Assembly (NCBI GenBank): GCA_964016885.1
Contig: OZ024742.1
Coordinates: forward strand, 241,428,001-241,492,000
Source: Eledone cirrhosa
Lineage: Eukaryota
Length of the DNA stretch: 64,000 nucleotides
Direction of reading: 5' to 3'
The notes below the pieces were generated by a model. That model did not search any database. It was given only the letters and a program-made list of their open reading frames with translations, and had not been told where the DNA came from. This document shows positions 14,751-30,600 of this stretch, one piece after another; within the stretch, counting starts at the first letter, position 1; the number at the start of each line of letters is the position of its first letter. The position numbers were made by a program, and so were the translations under genes.

Positions 14751-16125
14751 TAAGCCTCCTACAGAAATGGAACTGCAAGCCACTAACATAAATGGAACTC
14801 CAAGGCACTAACAGAAATGGAACTCCAAGCCACCAACAGAAATGGAACTCCAAGCCACCAACAGAAATGGAACTCCAAGCCACCAACAGAAATGGAACTC
14901 CAAACCACCAACAGAAATGGAACTCCAAACCACCAACAGAAATGAAACTCCAAGATAACAACAGAAATGGACCTCCAAGCCACCAACAGAAATGAAACTC
15001 CAAGCCACCAACAGAAATGGAACTCCAAACCACCAACAGAAATGGAACTCCAAGCCACTAACAGAAATGGAACACCAAGCCACCAACAGAAATGGAACTC
15101 CAAGCCACCAACAGAAATGGAACTCCAAGCCACCAACAGAAATGGAACTCCAAACCACCAACAGAAATGGAACTCCAAGCCAATAACAGAAATGGAACTC
15201 CAAGCCACTAACAGAAATGGAACTCCAAGCGACTAAAAGAAATGGAACTCCAAGCCACCAACAGAAATGGAACACCAAGCCACTAACAGAAATGGAACTC
15301 CAAGTAACCAACAGAAATGGAAATCCAAGCCACTAACAGAAATGGAACTCCAAGCCACCAACAGAAATGGAACTCCAAGCAACCAACAGAAATGGAACAC
15401 CAAGCCACCAACAGAAATGGAACTCCAAGCCACCAACAGAAATGGAACTCCAAGCCACCAACAGAAATGGAACTCCAAGCCACCAACAGAAATGGAACTC
15501 CAAGCCACCAACAGAAATGGAACTCCAAGCCACCAACAGAAATGGAACTCCAAGCCACCAACAGAAATAAACCTCCAAGCTAACAACAAAAATGGACCTT
15601 CAAGCCACCAACAGAAATGAAACTCCAAGCCACCAACAGAAATGGAACTCCAAGCCAATAACAGAAATGGAACTCCAAGCCACCAACAGAAATGGAACAC
15701 CAAGCCACCAATAGAAATGGAACTCCAAGACACCAACAGAAATGGAACTCCAAACCACCAACAGAAATGTAACTCCAAGCCACCAACAGAAATGGAATTC
15801 CAAGCCATTAACAGAAATGGAACTCCAAGCCACCAACAGAAATGGAACTCCAAGCCATTAACAGAAATGGAACTCCAAGCCACCAACAGAAATGGAACTC
15901 CAAGCCACCAACAGAAATGGAACTCCAAGCCACTAACAGAAATGGAATTCCAAGCGACTAAAAGAAATGGAACTCCAAGCCACCAACAGAAATGGAACTC
16001 CAAGCTAACAACAAAAATGGACCTCCAAGCCACCAACAGAAATGAAACTCCAAGCCACCAACAGAAATGGAACTCCAAGCCACCAACAGAAATAAAACTC
16101 CAAGCCAATAACAGAAATGGAACTC
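14751..16125 (+). repeat. Subfamily C 55-mer (1,375 bp) HOR unit; copies at 29026-30400 and 51476-52850
   Basis: Three landmark intervals are exactly 1,375 bp and share the variants CAAGGCACTA, CAAGATAACA, AATAAACCTC and CACCAATAGA. Each is followed by a unit carrying CAAGCCAGCA (16251, 30526, 52976). Confidence 0.88.
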
Positions 16126-17129
16126 TAAGCCTCCTACAGAAATGGAACTGCAAGCCACTAACATAAATGGAACACCAAGCCACTAACAGAAATGGAACTC
16201 CAAGCCACCAACAGAAATGGAACTCCAAGCCACCAACAGAAATGGAACTCCAAGCCAGCAACAGAAATGGAACTCCAAACCACCAACAGAAATGTAACTC
16301 CAAGCCACTAACAGAAATGGAACACCAAGCCACCAACAGAAATGGAACACCAAGCCACCAACAGAAATGGAACTCCAAGCCACCAACAGAAATGGAACTC
16401 CAAACCACCAACAGAAATGTAACTCCAAGCCAATAACAGAAATGGAACTCCAAGCCACTAACAGAAATGGAACTCCAAGCGACTAAAAGAAATGGAACTC
16501 CAAGCCACCAACAGAAATGGAACACCAAGCCACTAACAGAAATGGAACTCCAAGTAACCAACAGAAATGGAAATCCAAGCCACTAACAGAAATGGAACTC
16601 CAAGCCACCAACAGAAATGGAACTCCAAGCAACCAACAGAAATGGAACTCCAAGCCACCAACAGAAATGGAACTCCAAGCCACCAACAGAAATGGAACTC
16701 CAAGCCACCAACAGAAATGGAACTCCAAGCCACCAACAGAAATGGAACTCCAAGCCACCAACAGAAATGGAACTCCAAGCCACCAACAGAAATGGAACTC
16801 CAAGCCACCAACAGAAATAAAACTCCAAGCTAACAACAAAAATGGACCTTCAAGCCACCAACAGAAATGAAACTCCCAGCCACCAACAGAAATGGAACTC
16901 CAAGCCAATAACAGAAATGGAACTCCAAGCCACCAACAGAAATGGAACACCAAGCCACCAACAGAAATGGAACTCCAAGCCACCAACAGAAATGGAACTC
17001 CAAACCACCAACAGAAATGTAACTCCAAGCCACCAACAGAAATGGAATTCCAAGCCATTAACAGAAATGGAACTCCAAGCCACCAACAGAAATGGAACTC
17101 CAAGCCACCAACAGAAATGGAACTCCAAG

Positions 17130-20100
17130 CCACCAACAGAAATGGAACTCCAAGCCACCAACAGAAATGGAACTCCAAGCCACTAACAGAAATGGAATTC
17201 CAAGCGACTAAAAGAAATGGAACTCCAAGCCACCAACAGAAATGAAACTCCAACCCACCAACAGAAATGGAAAACCAAGCCACTAACAGAAATGGAACTC
17301 CAAGTAACCAACAGAAATGGACTTCCAAGCCATTAACAGAAATGGAACTCCAAGCCACCAACAGAAATGGAACTCCAAGCCACCAACAGAAATGGAACTC
17401 CAAGCCACCAACAGAAATGAAACTCCAACCCACCAACAGAAATGGAAAACCAAGCCACTAACAGAAATGGAACTCCAAGTAACCAACAGAAATGGAACTC
17501 CAAGCCACTAACAGAAATGGAACTCCAAGCCACCAACAGAAATGTAACTCCAAGCCACTAACAGAAATGGAATTCCAAGCGACTAAAAGAAATGGAACTC
17601 CAAGCCACCAACAGAAATGGAACTCCAAGCTAACAACAAAAATGGACCTCCAAGCCACCAACAGAAATGAAACTCCAAGCCACCAACAGAAATGGAACTC
17701 CAAGCCACCAACAGAAATAAAACTCCAAGCCAATAACAGAAATGGAACTCTAAGCCTCCTACAGAAATGGAACTGCAAGCCACTAACATAAATGGAACTC
17801 CAAGCCACTAACAGAAATGGAACTCCAAGCCACCAACAGAAATGGAACTCCAAGCCACCAACAGAAATGGAACTCCAAGCCACCAACAGAAATGGAACTC
17901 CAAACCACCAACAGAAATGTAACTCCAAGCCACTAACAGAAATGGAACACCAAGCCACCAACAGAAATGGAACACCAAGCCACCAACAGAAATGGAACTC
18001 CAAGCCACCAACAGAAATGGAACTCCAAACCACCAACAGAAATGTAACTCCAAGCCAATAACAGAAATGGAACTCCAAGCCACTAACAGAAATGGAACTC
18101 CAAGCGACTAAAAGAAATGGAACTCCAAGCCACCAACAGAAATGGAACACCAAGCCACTAACAGAAATGGAACTCCAAGTAACCAACAGAAATGGAAATC
18201 CAAGCCACTAACAGAAATGGAACTCCAAGCCACCAACAGAAATGGAACTCCAAGCAACCAACAGAAATGGAACTCCAAGCCACCAACAGAAATGGAACTC
18301 CAAGCCACCAACAGAAATGGAACTCCAAGCCACCAACAGAAATGGAACTCCAAGCCACCAACAGAAATGGAACTCCAAGCCACCAACAGAAATGGAACTC
18401 CAAGCCACCAACAGAAAAGGAACTCCAAGCCACCAACAGAAATAAAACTCCAAGCTAACAACAAAAATGGACCTTCAAGCCACCAACAGAAATGAAACTC
18501 CCAGCCACCAACAGAAATGGAACTCCAAGCCAATAACAGAAATGGAACTCCAAGCCACCGACAGAAATGGAACACCAAGCCACCAACAGAAATGGAACTC
18601 CAAGCCACCAACAGAAATGGAACTCCAAACCACCAACAGAAATGTAACTCCAAGCCACCAACAGAAATGGAATTCCAAGCCATTAACAGAAATGGAACTC
18701 CAAGCCACCAACAGAAATGGAACTCCAAGCCACCAACAGAAATGGAATTCCAAGCCATTAACAGAAATGGAACTCCAAGCAACCAACAGAAATGGAACTC
18801 CAAGCCACCAACAGAAATGGAACTCCAAGCCACCAACAGAAATGAAACTCCAACCCACCAACAGAAATGTAACTCCAAGCCACCAACAGAAATGGAATTC
18901 CAAGCCATTAACAGAAATGGAACTCCAAGCCACCAACAGAAATGGAACTCCAAGCCACCAACAGAAATGGAACTCCAAGCCACCAACAGAAATGGAACTC
19001 CAAGCCACCAACAGAAATGGAACTCCAAGCCACCAACAGAAATGGAACTCCAAGCCACCAACAGAAATAAAACTCCAAGCTAACAACAAAAATGGACCTT
19101 CAAGCCACCAACAGAAATGAAACTCCCAGCCACCAACAGAAATGGAACTCCAAGCCAATAACAGAAATGGAACTCCAAGCCACCAACAGAAATGGAACAC
19201 CAAGCCACCAACAGAAATGGAACTCCAAGCCACCAACAGAAATGGAACTCCAAACCACCAACAGAAATGTAACTCCAAGCCACCAACAGAAATGGAATTC
19301 CAAGCCATTAACAGAAATGGAACTCCAAGCCACCAACAGAAATGGAACTCCAAGCCACCAACAGAAATGGAACTCCAAGCCACCAACAGAAATGGAACTC
19401 CAAGCCACCAACAGAAATGGAACTCCAAGCCACTAACAGAAATGGAATTCCAAGCGACTAAAAGAAATGGAACTCCAAGCCACCAACAGAAATGAAACTC
19501 CAACCCACCAACAGAAATGGAAAACCAAGCCACTAACAGAAATGGAACTCCAAGTAACCAACAGAAATGGAACTCCAAGCCACTAACAGAAATGGAACTC
19601 CAAGCCACCAACAGAAATGGAACTCCAAACCACCAACAGAAATGGAACTCCAAGCCACCAACAGAAATGGAACTCCAAGCCACTAACAGAAATGGAATTC
19701 CAAGCGACTAAAAGAAATGGAACTCCAAGCCACCAACAGAAATGAAACTCCAACCCACCAACAGAAATGGAAAACCAAGCCACTAACAGAAATGGAACTC
19801 CAAGTAACCAACAGAAATGGACTTCCAAGCCATTAACAGAAATGGAACTCCAAGCCACCAACAGAAATGGAACTCCAAGCCACCAACAGAAATGGAACTC
19901 CAAGCCACCAACAGAAATGAAACTCCAACCCACCAACAGAAATGGAAAACCAAGCCACTAACAGAAATGGAACTCCAAGTAACCAACAGAAATGGAACTC
20001 CAAGCCACTAACAGAAATGGAACTCCAAGCCACCAACAGAAATGTAACTCCAAGCCACTAACAGAAATGGAATTCCAAGCGACTAAAAGAAATGGAACTC

Positions 20101-23100
20101 CAAGCCACCAACAGAAATGGAACTCCAAGCTAACAACAAAAATGGACCTCCAAGCCACCAACAGAAATGAAACTCCAAGCCACCAACAGAAATGGAACTC
20201 CAAGCCACCAACAGAAATAAAACTCCAAGCCAATAACAGAAATGGAACTCTAAGCCTCCTACAGAAATAGAACTGCAAGCCACTAACATAAATGGAACTC
20301 CAAGCCACTAACAGAAATGGAACTCCAAGCCACCAACAGAAATGGAACTCCAAGCCACCAACAGAAATGGAACTCCAAGCCACCAACAGAAATGGAACTC
20401 CAAACCACCAACAGAAATGTAACTCCAAGCCACTAACAGAAATGGAACACCAAGCCACCAACAGAAATGGAACACCAAGCCACCAACAGAAATGGAACTC
20501 CAAGCCACCAACAGAAATGGAACTCCAAACCACCAACAGAAATGTAACTCCAAGCCAATAACAGAAATGGAACTCCAAGCCACTAACAGAAATGGAACTC
20601 CAAGCGACTAAAAGAAATGGAACTCCAAGCCACCAACAGAAATGGAACACCAAGCCACTAACAGAAATGGAACTCCAAGTAACCAACAGAAATGGAAATC
20701 CAAGCCACTAACAGAAATGGAACTCCAAGCCACCAACAGAAATGGAACTCCAAGCAACCAACAGAAATGGAACTCCAAGCCACCAACAGAAATGGAACTC
20801 CAAGCCACCAACAGAAATGGAACTCCAAGCCACCAACAGAAATGGAACTCCAAGCCACCAACAGAAATGGAACTCCAAGCCACCAACAGAAATGGAACTC
20901 CAAGCCACCAACAGAAAAGGAACTCCAAGCCACCAACAGAAATAAAACTCCAAGCTAACAACAAAAATGGACCTTCAAGCCACCAACAGAAATGAAACTC
21001 CCAGCCACCAACAGAAATGGAACTCCAAGCCAATAACAGAAATGGAACTCCAAGCCACCGACAGAAATGGAACACCAAGCCACCAACAGAAATGGAACTC
21101 CAAGCCACCAACAGAAATGGAACTCCAAACCACCAACAGAAATGTAACTCCAAGCCACCAACAGAAATGGAATTCCAAGCCATTAACAGAAATGGAACTC
21201 CAAGCCACCAACAGAAATGGAACTCCAAGCCACCAACAGAAATGGAATTCCAAGCCATTAACAGAAATGGAACTCCAAGCAACCAACAGAAATGGAACTC
21301 CAAGCCACCAACAGAAATGGAACTCCAAGCCACCAACAGAAATGAAACTCCAACCCACCAACAGAAATGTAACTCCAAGCCACCAACAGAAATGGAATTC
21401 CAAGCCATTAACAGAAATGGAACTCCAAGCCACCAACAGAAATGGAACTCCAAGCCACCAACAGAAATGGAACTCCAAGCCACCAACAGAAATGGAACTC
21501 CAAGCCACCAACAGAAATGGAACTCCAAGCCACCAACAGAAATGGAACTCCAAGCCACCAACAGAAATAAAACTCCAAGCTAACAACAAAAATGGACCTT
21601 CAAGCCACCAACAGAAATGAAACTCCCAGCCACCAACAGAAATGGAACTCCAAGCCAATAACAGAAATGGAACTCCAAGCCACCAACAGAAATGGAACAC
21701 CAAGCCACCAACAGAAATGGAACTCCAAGCCACCAACAGAAATGGAACTCCAAACCACCAACAGAAATGTAACTCCAAGCCACCAACAGAAATGGAATTC
21801 CAAGCCATTAACAGAAATGGAACTCCAAGCCACCAACAGAAATGGAACTCCAAGCCACCAACAGAAATGGAACTCCAAGCCACCAACAGAAATGGAACTC
21901 CAAGCCACCAACAGAAATGGAACTCCAAGCCACTAACAGAAATGGAATTCCAAGCGACTAAAAGAAATGGAACTCCAAGCCACCAACAGAAATGAAACTC
22001 CAACCCACCAACAGAAATGGAAAACCAAGCCACTAACAGAAATGGAACTCCAAGTAACCAACAGAAATGGAACTCCAAGCCACTAACAGAAATGGAACTC
22101 CAAGCCACCAACAGAAATGGAACTCCAAACCACCAACAGAAATGGAACTCCAAGCCACCAACAGAAATGGAACTCCAAGCCACTAACAGAAATGGAATTC
22201 CAAGCGACTAAAAGAAATGGAACTCCAAGCCACCAACAGAAATGAAACTCCAACCCACCAACAGAAATGGAAAACCAAGCCACTAACAGAAATGGAACTC
22301 CAAGTAACCAACAGAAATGGACTTCCAAGCCATTAACAGAAATGGAACTCCAAGCCACCAACAGAAATGGAACTCCAAGCCACCAACAGAAATGGAACTC
22401 CAAGCCACCAACAGAAATGAAACTCCAACCCACCAACAGAAATGGAAAACCAAGCCACTAACAGAAATGGAACTCCAAGTAACCAACAGAAATGGAACTC
22501 CAAGCCACTAACAGAAATGGAACTCCAAGCCACCAACAGAAATGTAACTCCAAGCCACTAACAGAAATGGAATTCCAAGCGACTAAAAGAAATGGAACTC
22601 CAAGCCACCAACAGAAATGGAACTCCAAGCTAACAACAAAAATGGACCTCCAAGCCACCAACAGAAATGAAACTCCAAGCCACCAACAGAAATGGAACTC
22701 CAAGCCACCAACAGAAATAAAACTCCAAGCCAATAACAGAAATGGAACTCTAAGCCTCCTACAGAAATGGAACTGCAAGCCACTAACATAAATGGAACTC
22801 CAAGCCACTAACAGAAATGGAACTCCAAGCCACCAACAGAAATGGAACTCCAAGCCACCAACAGAAATGGAACTCCAAGCCACCAACAGAAATGGAACTC
22901 CAAACCACCAACAGAAATGTAACTCCAAGCCACTAACAGAAATGGAACACCAAGCCACCAACAGAAATGGAACACCAAGCCACCAACAGAAATGGAACTC
23001 CAAGCCACCAACAGAAATGGAACTCCAAACCACCAACAGAAATGTAACTCCAAGCCAATAACAGAAATGGAACTCCAAGCCACTAACAGAAATGGAACTC

Positions 23101-24644
23101 CAAGCGACTAAAAGAAATGGAACTCCAAGCCACCAACAGAAATGGAACACCAAGCCACTAACAGAAATGGAACTCCAAGTAACCAACAGAAATGGAAATC
23201 CAAGCCACTAACAGAAATGGAACTCCAAGCCACCAACAGAAATGGAACTCCAAGCAACCAACAGAAATGGAACTCCAAGCCACCAACAGAAATGGAACTC
23301 CAAGCCACCAACAGAAATGGAACTCCAAGCCACCAACAGAAATGGAACTCCAAGCCACCAACAGAAATGGAACTCCAAGCCACCAACAGAAATGGAACTC
23401 CAAGCCACCAACAGAAAAGGAACTCCAAGCCACCAACAGAAATAAAACTCCAAGCTAACAACAAAAATGGACCTTCAAGCCACCAACAGAAATGAAACTC
23501 CCAGCCACCAACAGAAATGGAACTCCAAGCCAATAACAGAAATGGAACTCCAAGCCACCGACAGAAATGGAACACCAAGCCACCAACAGAAATGGAACTC
23601 CAAGCCACCAACAGAAATGGAACTCCAAACCACCAACAGAAATGTAACTCCAAGCCACCAACAGAAATGGAATTCCAAGCCATTAACAGAAATGGAACTC
23701 CAAGCCACCAACAGAAATGGAACTCCAAGCCACCAACAGAAATGGAATTCCAAGCCATTAACAGAAATGGAACTCCAAGCAACCAACAGAAATGGAACTC
23801 CAAGCCACCAACAGAAATGGAACTCCAAGCCACCAACAGAAATGAAACTCCAACCCACCAACAGAAATGTAACTCCAAGCCACCAACAGAAATGGAATTC
23901 CAAGCCATTAACAGAAATGGAACTCCAAGCCACCAACAGAAATGGAACTCCAAGCCACCAACAGAAATGGAACTCCAAGCCACCAACAGAAATGGAACTC
24001 CAAGCCACCAACAGAAATGGAACTCCAAGCCACCAACAGAAATGGAACTCCAAGCCACCAACAGAAATAAAACTCCAAGCTAACAACAAAAATGGACCTT
24101 CAAGCCACCAACAGAAATGAAACTCCCAGCCACCAACAGAAATGGAACTCCAAGCCAATAACAGAAATGGAACTCCAAGCCACCAACAGAAATGGAACAC
24201 CAAGCCACCAACAGAAATGGAACTCCAAGCCACCAACAGAAATGGAACTCCAAACCACCAACAGAAATGTAACTCCAAGCCACCAACAGAAATGGAATTC
24301 CAAGCCATTAACAGAAATGGAACTCCAAGCCACCAACAGAAATGGAACTCCAAGCCACCAACAGAAATGGAACTCCAAGCCACCAACAGAAATGGAACTC
24401 CAAGCCACCAACAGAAATGGAACTCCAAGCCACTAACAGAAATGGAATTCCAAGCGACTAAAAGAAATGGAACTCCAAGCCACCAACAGAAATGAAACTC
24501 CAACCCACCAACAGAAATGGAAAACCAAGCCACTAACAGAAATGGAACTCCAAGTAACCAACAGAAATGGAACTCCAAGCCACTAACAGAAATGGAACTC
24601 CAAGCCACCAACAGAAATGGAACTCCAAACCACCAACAGAAATG
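17130..24644 (+). repeat. Tandem triplication of a 2,500-bp (100-monomer) block
   Basis: ACAGAAAAGG occurs at 18411, 20911 and 23411, and CAAGCCACCG at 18551, 21051 and 23551. ORF triplets 17267/19767/22267 and others agree. Only one difference was noticed (G>A at 20269). Confidence 0.92.
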
Positions 24645-27600
24645 TAACTCCAAGCCACCAACAGAAATGGAATTCCAAGCCATTAACAGAAATGGAACTC
24701 CAAGCCACCAACAGAAATGGAACTCCAAGCCACCAACAGAAATGGAACTCCAAGCCACCAACAGAAATGAAACTCCAACCCACCAACAGAAATGGAAAAC
24801 CAAGCCACTAACAGAAATGGAACTCCAAGTAACCAACAGAAATGGAACTCCAAGCCACTAACAGAAATGGAACTCCAAGCCACCAACAGAAATGGAACTC
24901 CAAACCACCAACAGAAATGTAACTCCAAGCCACTAACAGAAATGGAATTCCAAGCGACTAGAAGAAATGGAACTCCAAGCCACCAACCGAAATGGAACTC
25001 CAAGCTAACAACAAAAATGGACCTCCAAGCCACCAACAGAAATGAAACTCCAAGCCACCAACAGAAATGGAACTCCAAGCCACCAACAGAAATAAAACTC
25101 CAAGCCAATAACAGAAATGGAACTCTAAGCCTCCTACAGAAATGGAACTGCAAGCCACTAACATAAATGGAACTCCAAGCCACTAACAGAAATGGAACTC
25201 CAAGCCACCAACAGAAATGGAACTCCAAGCCACCAACAGAAATGGAACTCCAAGCCACCAACAGAAATGGAACTCCAAACCACCAACAGAAATGTAACTC
25301 CAAGCCACTAACAGAAATGGAACACCAAGCCACCAACAGAAATGGAACACCAAGCCACCAACAGAAATGGAACTCCAAGCCACCAACAGAAATGGAACTC
25401 CAAACCACCAACAGAAATGTAACTCCAAGCCAATAACAGAAATGGAACTCCAAGCCACTAACAGAAATGGAACTCCAAGCGACTAAAAGAAATGGAACTC
25501 CAAGCCACCAACAGAAATGGAATTCCAAGCCATTAACAGAAATGGAACTCCAAGCCACCAACAGAAATGGAACTCCAAGCCACCAACAGAAATGGAACTC
25601 CAAGCCACCAACAGAAATGAAACTCCAACCCACCAACAGAAATGGAAAACCAAGCCACTAACAGAAATGGAACTCCAAGTAACCAACAGAAATGGAAATC
25701 CAAGCCACTAACAGAAATGGAACTCCAAGCCACCAACAGAAATGGAACTCAAAGCAACCAACAGAAATGGAACTCCAAGCCACCAACAGAAATGGAATTC
25801 CAAGCCATTAACAGAAATGGAACTCCAAGCCACCAACAGAAATGGAACTCCAAGCCACCAACAGAAATGGAACTCCAAGCCACCAACAGAAATGAAACTC
25901 CAACCCACCAACAGAAATGGAAAACCAAGCCACTAACAGAAATGGAACTCCAAGTAACCAACAGAAATGGAACTCCAAGCCACTAACAGAAATGGAACTC
26001 CAAGCCACCAACAGAAATGGAACTCCAAACCACCAACAGAAATGTAACTACAAGCCACTAACAGAAATGGAATTCCAAGCGACTAAAAGAAATGGAACTC
26101 CAAGCCACCAACAGAAATGGAACTCCAAGCTAACAACAAAAATGGACCTCCAAGCCACCAACAGAAATGAAACTCCAAGCCACCAACAGAAATGGAACTC
26201 CAAGCCACCAACAGAAATAAAACTCCAAGCCAATAACAGAAATGGAACTCTAAGCCTCCTACAGAAATGGAACTGCAAGCCACTAACATAAATGGAACTC
26301 CAAGCCATTAACAGAAATGGAACTCCAAGCCACCAACAGAAATGGAACTCCAAGCCACCAACAGAAATGGAACTCCAAGCCACCAACAGAAATGGAACTC
26401 CAAACCACCAACAGAAATGTAACTCCAAGCCACTAACAGAAATGGAACACCAAGCCACAAACAGAAATGGAACACTAAGCCACCAACAGAAATGGAACTC
26501 CAAGCCACCAACAGAAATGGAACTCCAAACCACCAACAGAAATGTAACTCCAAGCCAATAACAGAAATGGAACTCCAAGCCACTAACAGAAATGGAACTC
26601 CAAGCGACTAAAAGAAATGGAACTCCAAGCCACCAACAGAAATGGAACACCAAGCCACTAACAGAAATGGAACTCCAAGTAACCAACAGAAATGGAAATC
26701 CAAGCCACTAACAGAAATGGAACTCCAAGCCACCAACAGAAATGGAACTCCAAGCAACCAACAGAATTGGAACTCCAAGCCACCAACAGAAATGGAACTC
26801 CAAGCCACCAACAGAAATGGAACTCCAAACCACCAACAGAAATGGAACTCCAAGCCACCAACAGAAATGGAACTCCAAGCCATCAACAGAAATGGAACTC
26901 CAAGCCACCAACAGAAATGGAACTCCAAGCCACCAACAGAAATAAAACTCCAAGCTAACAACAAAAATGGACCTTCAAGCCACCAACAGAAATGAAACTC
27001 CCAGCCACCAACAGAAATGGAACTCCAAGCCAATAACAGAAATGGAACTCCAAGCCACCAACAGAAATGGAACACCAAGCCACCAACAGAAATGGAACTC
27101 CAAGCCACCAACAGAAATGGAACTCCAAACCACCAACAGAAATGTAACTCCAAGCCACCAACAGAAATGGAATTCCAAGCCATTAACAGAAATGGAACTC
27201 CAAGCCACCAACAGAAATGGAACTCCAAGCCACCAACAGAAATGGAACTCCAAGCCACCAACAGAAATGGAACGCCAAGCCACCAACAGAAATGGAACTC
27301 CAAGCCACTAACAGAAATGGAATTCCAAGCGACTAAAAGAAATGGAACTCCAAGCCACCAACAGAAATGAAACTCCAACCCACCAACAGAAATGGAAAAC
27401 CAAGCCACTAACAGAAATGGAACTCCAAGTAACCAACAGAAATGGAACTCCAAGCCACTAACAGAAATGGAACTCCAAGCCACCAACAGAAATGGAACTC
27501 CAAACCACCAACAGAAATGTAACTCCAAGCCACCAACAGAAATGGAATTCCAAGCCATTAACAGAAATGGAACTCCAAGCCACCAACAGAAATGGAACTC

Positions 27601-30600
27601 CAAGCCACCAACAGAAATGGAACTCCAAGCCACCAACAGAAATGAAACTCCAACCCACCAACAGAAATGGAAAACCAAGCCACTAACAGAAATGGAACTC
27701 CAAGTAACCAACAGAAATGGAACTCCAAGCTACTAACAGAAATGGAACTCCAAGCCACCAACAGAAATGGAACTCCAAACCACCAACAGAAATGTAACTC
27801 CAAGCCACTAACAGAAATGGAATTCCAAGCGACTAAAAGAAATGGAACTCCAAGCCACCAACAGAAATGGAACTCCAAGCTAACAACAAAAATGGACCTC
27901 CAAGCCACCAACAGAAATGAAACTCCAAGCCACCAACAGAAATGGAACTCCAAGCCACCAACAGAAATAAAACTCCAAGCCAATAACAGAAATGGAACTC
28001 TAAGCCTCCTACAGAAATGGAACTGCAAGCCACTAACATAAATGGAACTCCAAGCCACTAACAGAAATGGAACTCCAAGCCACCAACAGAAATGGAACTC
28101 CAAGCCACCAACAGAAATGGAACTCCAAGCCACCAACAGAAATGGAACTCCAAACCACCAACAGAAATGTAACTCCAAGCCACTAACAGAAATGGAACAC
28201 CAAGCCACCAACAGAAATGGAACACCAAGCCACCAACAGAAATGGAACTCCAAGCCACCAACAGAAATGGAACTCCAAACCACCAACAGAAATGTAACTC
28301 CAAGCCAATAACAGAAATGGAACTCCAAGCCACTAACAGAAATGGAACTCCAAGCGACTAAAAGAAATGGAACTCCAAGCCACCAACAGAAATGGAACAC
28401 CAAGCCACTAACCGAAATGGAACTCCAAGTAACCAACAGAAATGGAACGCCAAGCCACCAACAGAAATGTAACTCCAAGCCAATAACAGAAATGGAACTC
28501 CAAGCCACTAACAGAAATGGAACTCCAAGCGACTAAAAGAAATGGAACTCCAAGCCACCAACAGAAATGGAACACCAAGCCACTAACAGAAATGGAACTC
28601 CAAGCCACTAAAAGAAATGGAACTCCAAGCCACCAACAGAAATGGAACTCCAAGCCACCAACAGAAATGGAACTCCAAGCCACCAACAGAAATGGAACTC
28701 CAAGCTAACAACAAAAATGGACCTCCAAGCCACCAACAGAAATGAAACTCCAAGCGACCAACAGAAATGGAAGTCCAAGCCAATAACAGAAATGGAACTC
28801 CAAGCCACCAACAGAAATGGAACTCCAAGCCACTAACATAAATGGAACACCAAGCCACCAACAGAAATGGAACTCCAAGCCACTAACATAAATGGAACTT
28901 GAAGCCACTAACAGAAATGGAAATCCAAGCCACCAACAGAAATGGAACTCCAAGCCACCAACAGAAATGGAACTCCAAGCCACCAACAGAAATAAAACTC
29001 CAAGCCAATAACAGAAATGGAACTCTAAGCCTCCTACAGAAATGGATCTGCAAGCCACTAACATAAATGGAACTCCAAGGCACTAACGGAAATGGAACTC
29101 CAAGCCACCAACAGAAATGGAACTCCAAGCCACCAACAGAAATGGAACTCCAAGCCACCAACAGAAATGGAACTCCAAACCACCAACAGAAATGGAACTC
29201 CAAACCACCAACAGAAATGGAACTCCAAGATAACAACAGAAATGGACCTCCAAGCCACCAACAGAAATGAAATTCCAAGCCACCAACAGAAATGGAACTC
29301 CAAACCACCAACAGAAATGGAACTCCAAGCCACTAACAGAAATGGAACACCAAGCCACCAACAGAAATGGAACTCCAAGCCACCAACAGAAATGGAACTC
29401 CAAGCCACCAACAGAAATGGAACTCCAAACCACCAACAGAAATGGAACTCCAAGCCAATAACAGAAATGGAACTCCAAGCCACTAACAGAAATGGAACTC
29501 CAAGCGACTAAAAGAAATGGAACTCCAAGCCACCAACAGAAATGGAACACCAAGCCACTAACAGAAATGGAACTCCAAGTAACCAACAGAAATGGAAATC
29601 CAAGCCACTAACAGAAATGGAACTCCAAGCCACCAACAGAAATGGAACTCCAAGCAACCAACAGAAATGGAACACCAAGCCACCAACAGAAATGGAACTC
29701 CAAGCCACCAACAGAAATGGAACTCCAAGCCACCAACAGAAATGGAACTCCAAGCCACCAACAGAAATGGAACTCCAAGCCACCAACAGAAATGGAACTC
29801 CAAGCCACCAACAGAAATGGAACTCCAAGCCACCAACAGAAATAAACCTCCAAGCTAACAACAAAAATGGACCTTCAAGCCACCAACAGAAATGAAACTC
29901 CAAGCCACCAACAGAAATGGAACTCCAAGCCAATAACAGAAATGGAACTCCAAGCCACCAACAGAAATGGAACACCAAGCCACCAATAGAAATGGAACTC
30001 CAAGCCACCAACAGAAATGGAACTCCAAACCACCAACAGAAATGTAACTCCAAGCCACCAACAGAAATGGAATTCCAAGCCATTAACAGAAATGGAACTC
30101 CAAGCCACCAACAGAAATGGAACTCCAAGCCACCAACAGAAATGGAACTCCAAGCCACCAACAGAAATGGAACTCCAAGCCACCAACAGAAATGGAACTC
30201 CAAGCCACTAACAGAAATGGAATTCCAAGCGACTAAAAGAAATGGAACTCCAAGCCACCAACAGAAATGGAACTCCAAGCTAACAACAAAAATGGACCTC
30301 CAAGCCACCAACAGAAATGAAACTCCAAGCCACCAACAGAAATGGAACTCCAAGCCACCAACAGAAATAAAACTCCAAGCCAATAACAGAAATGGAACTC
30401 TAAGCCTCCTACAGAAATGGAACTGCAAGCCACTAACATAAATGGAACACCAAGCCACTAACAGAAATGGAACTCCAAGCCACCAACAGAAATGGAACTC
30501 CAAGCCACCAACAGAAATGGAACTCCAAGCCAGCAACAGAAATGGAACTCCAAACCACCAACAGAAATGTAACTCCAAGCCACTAACAGAAATGGAACAC

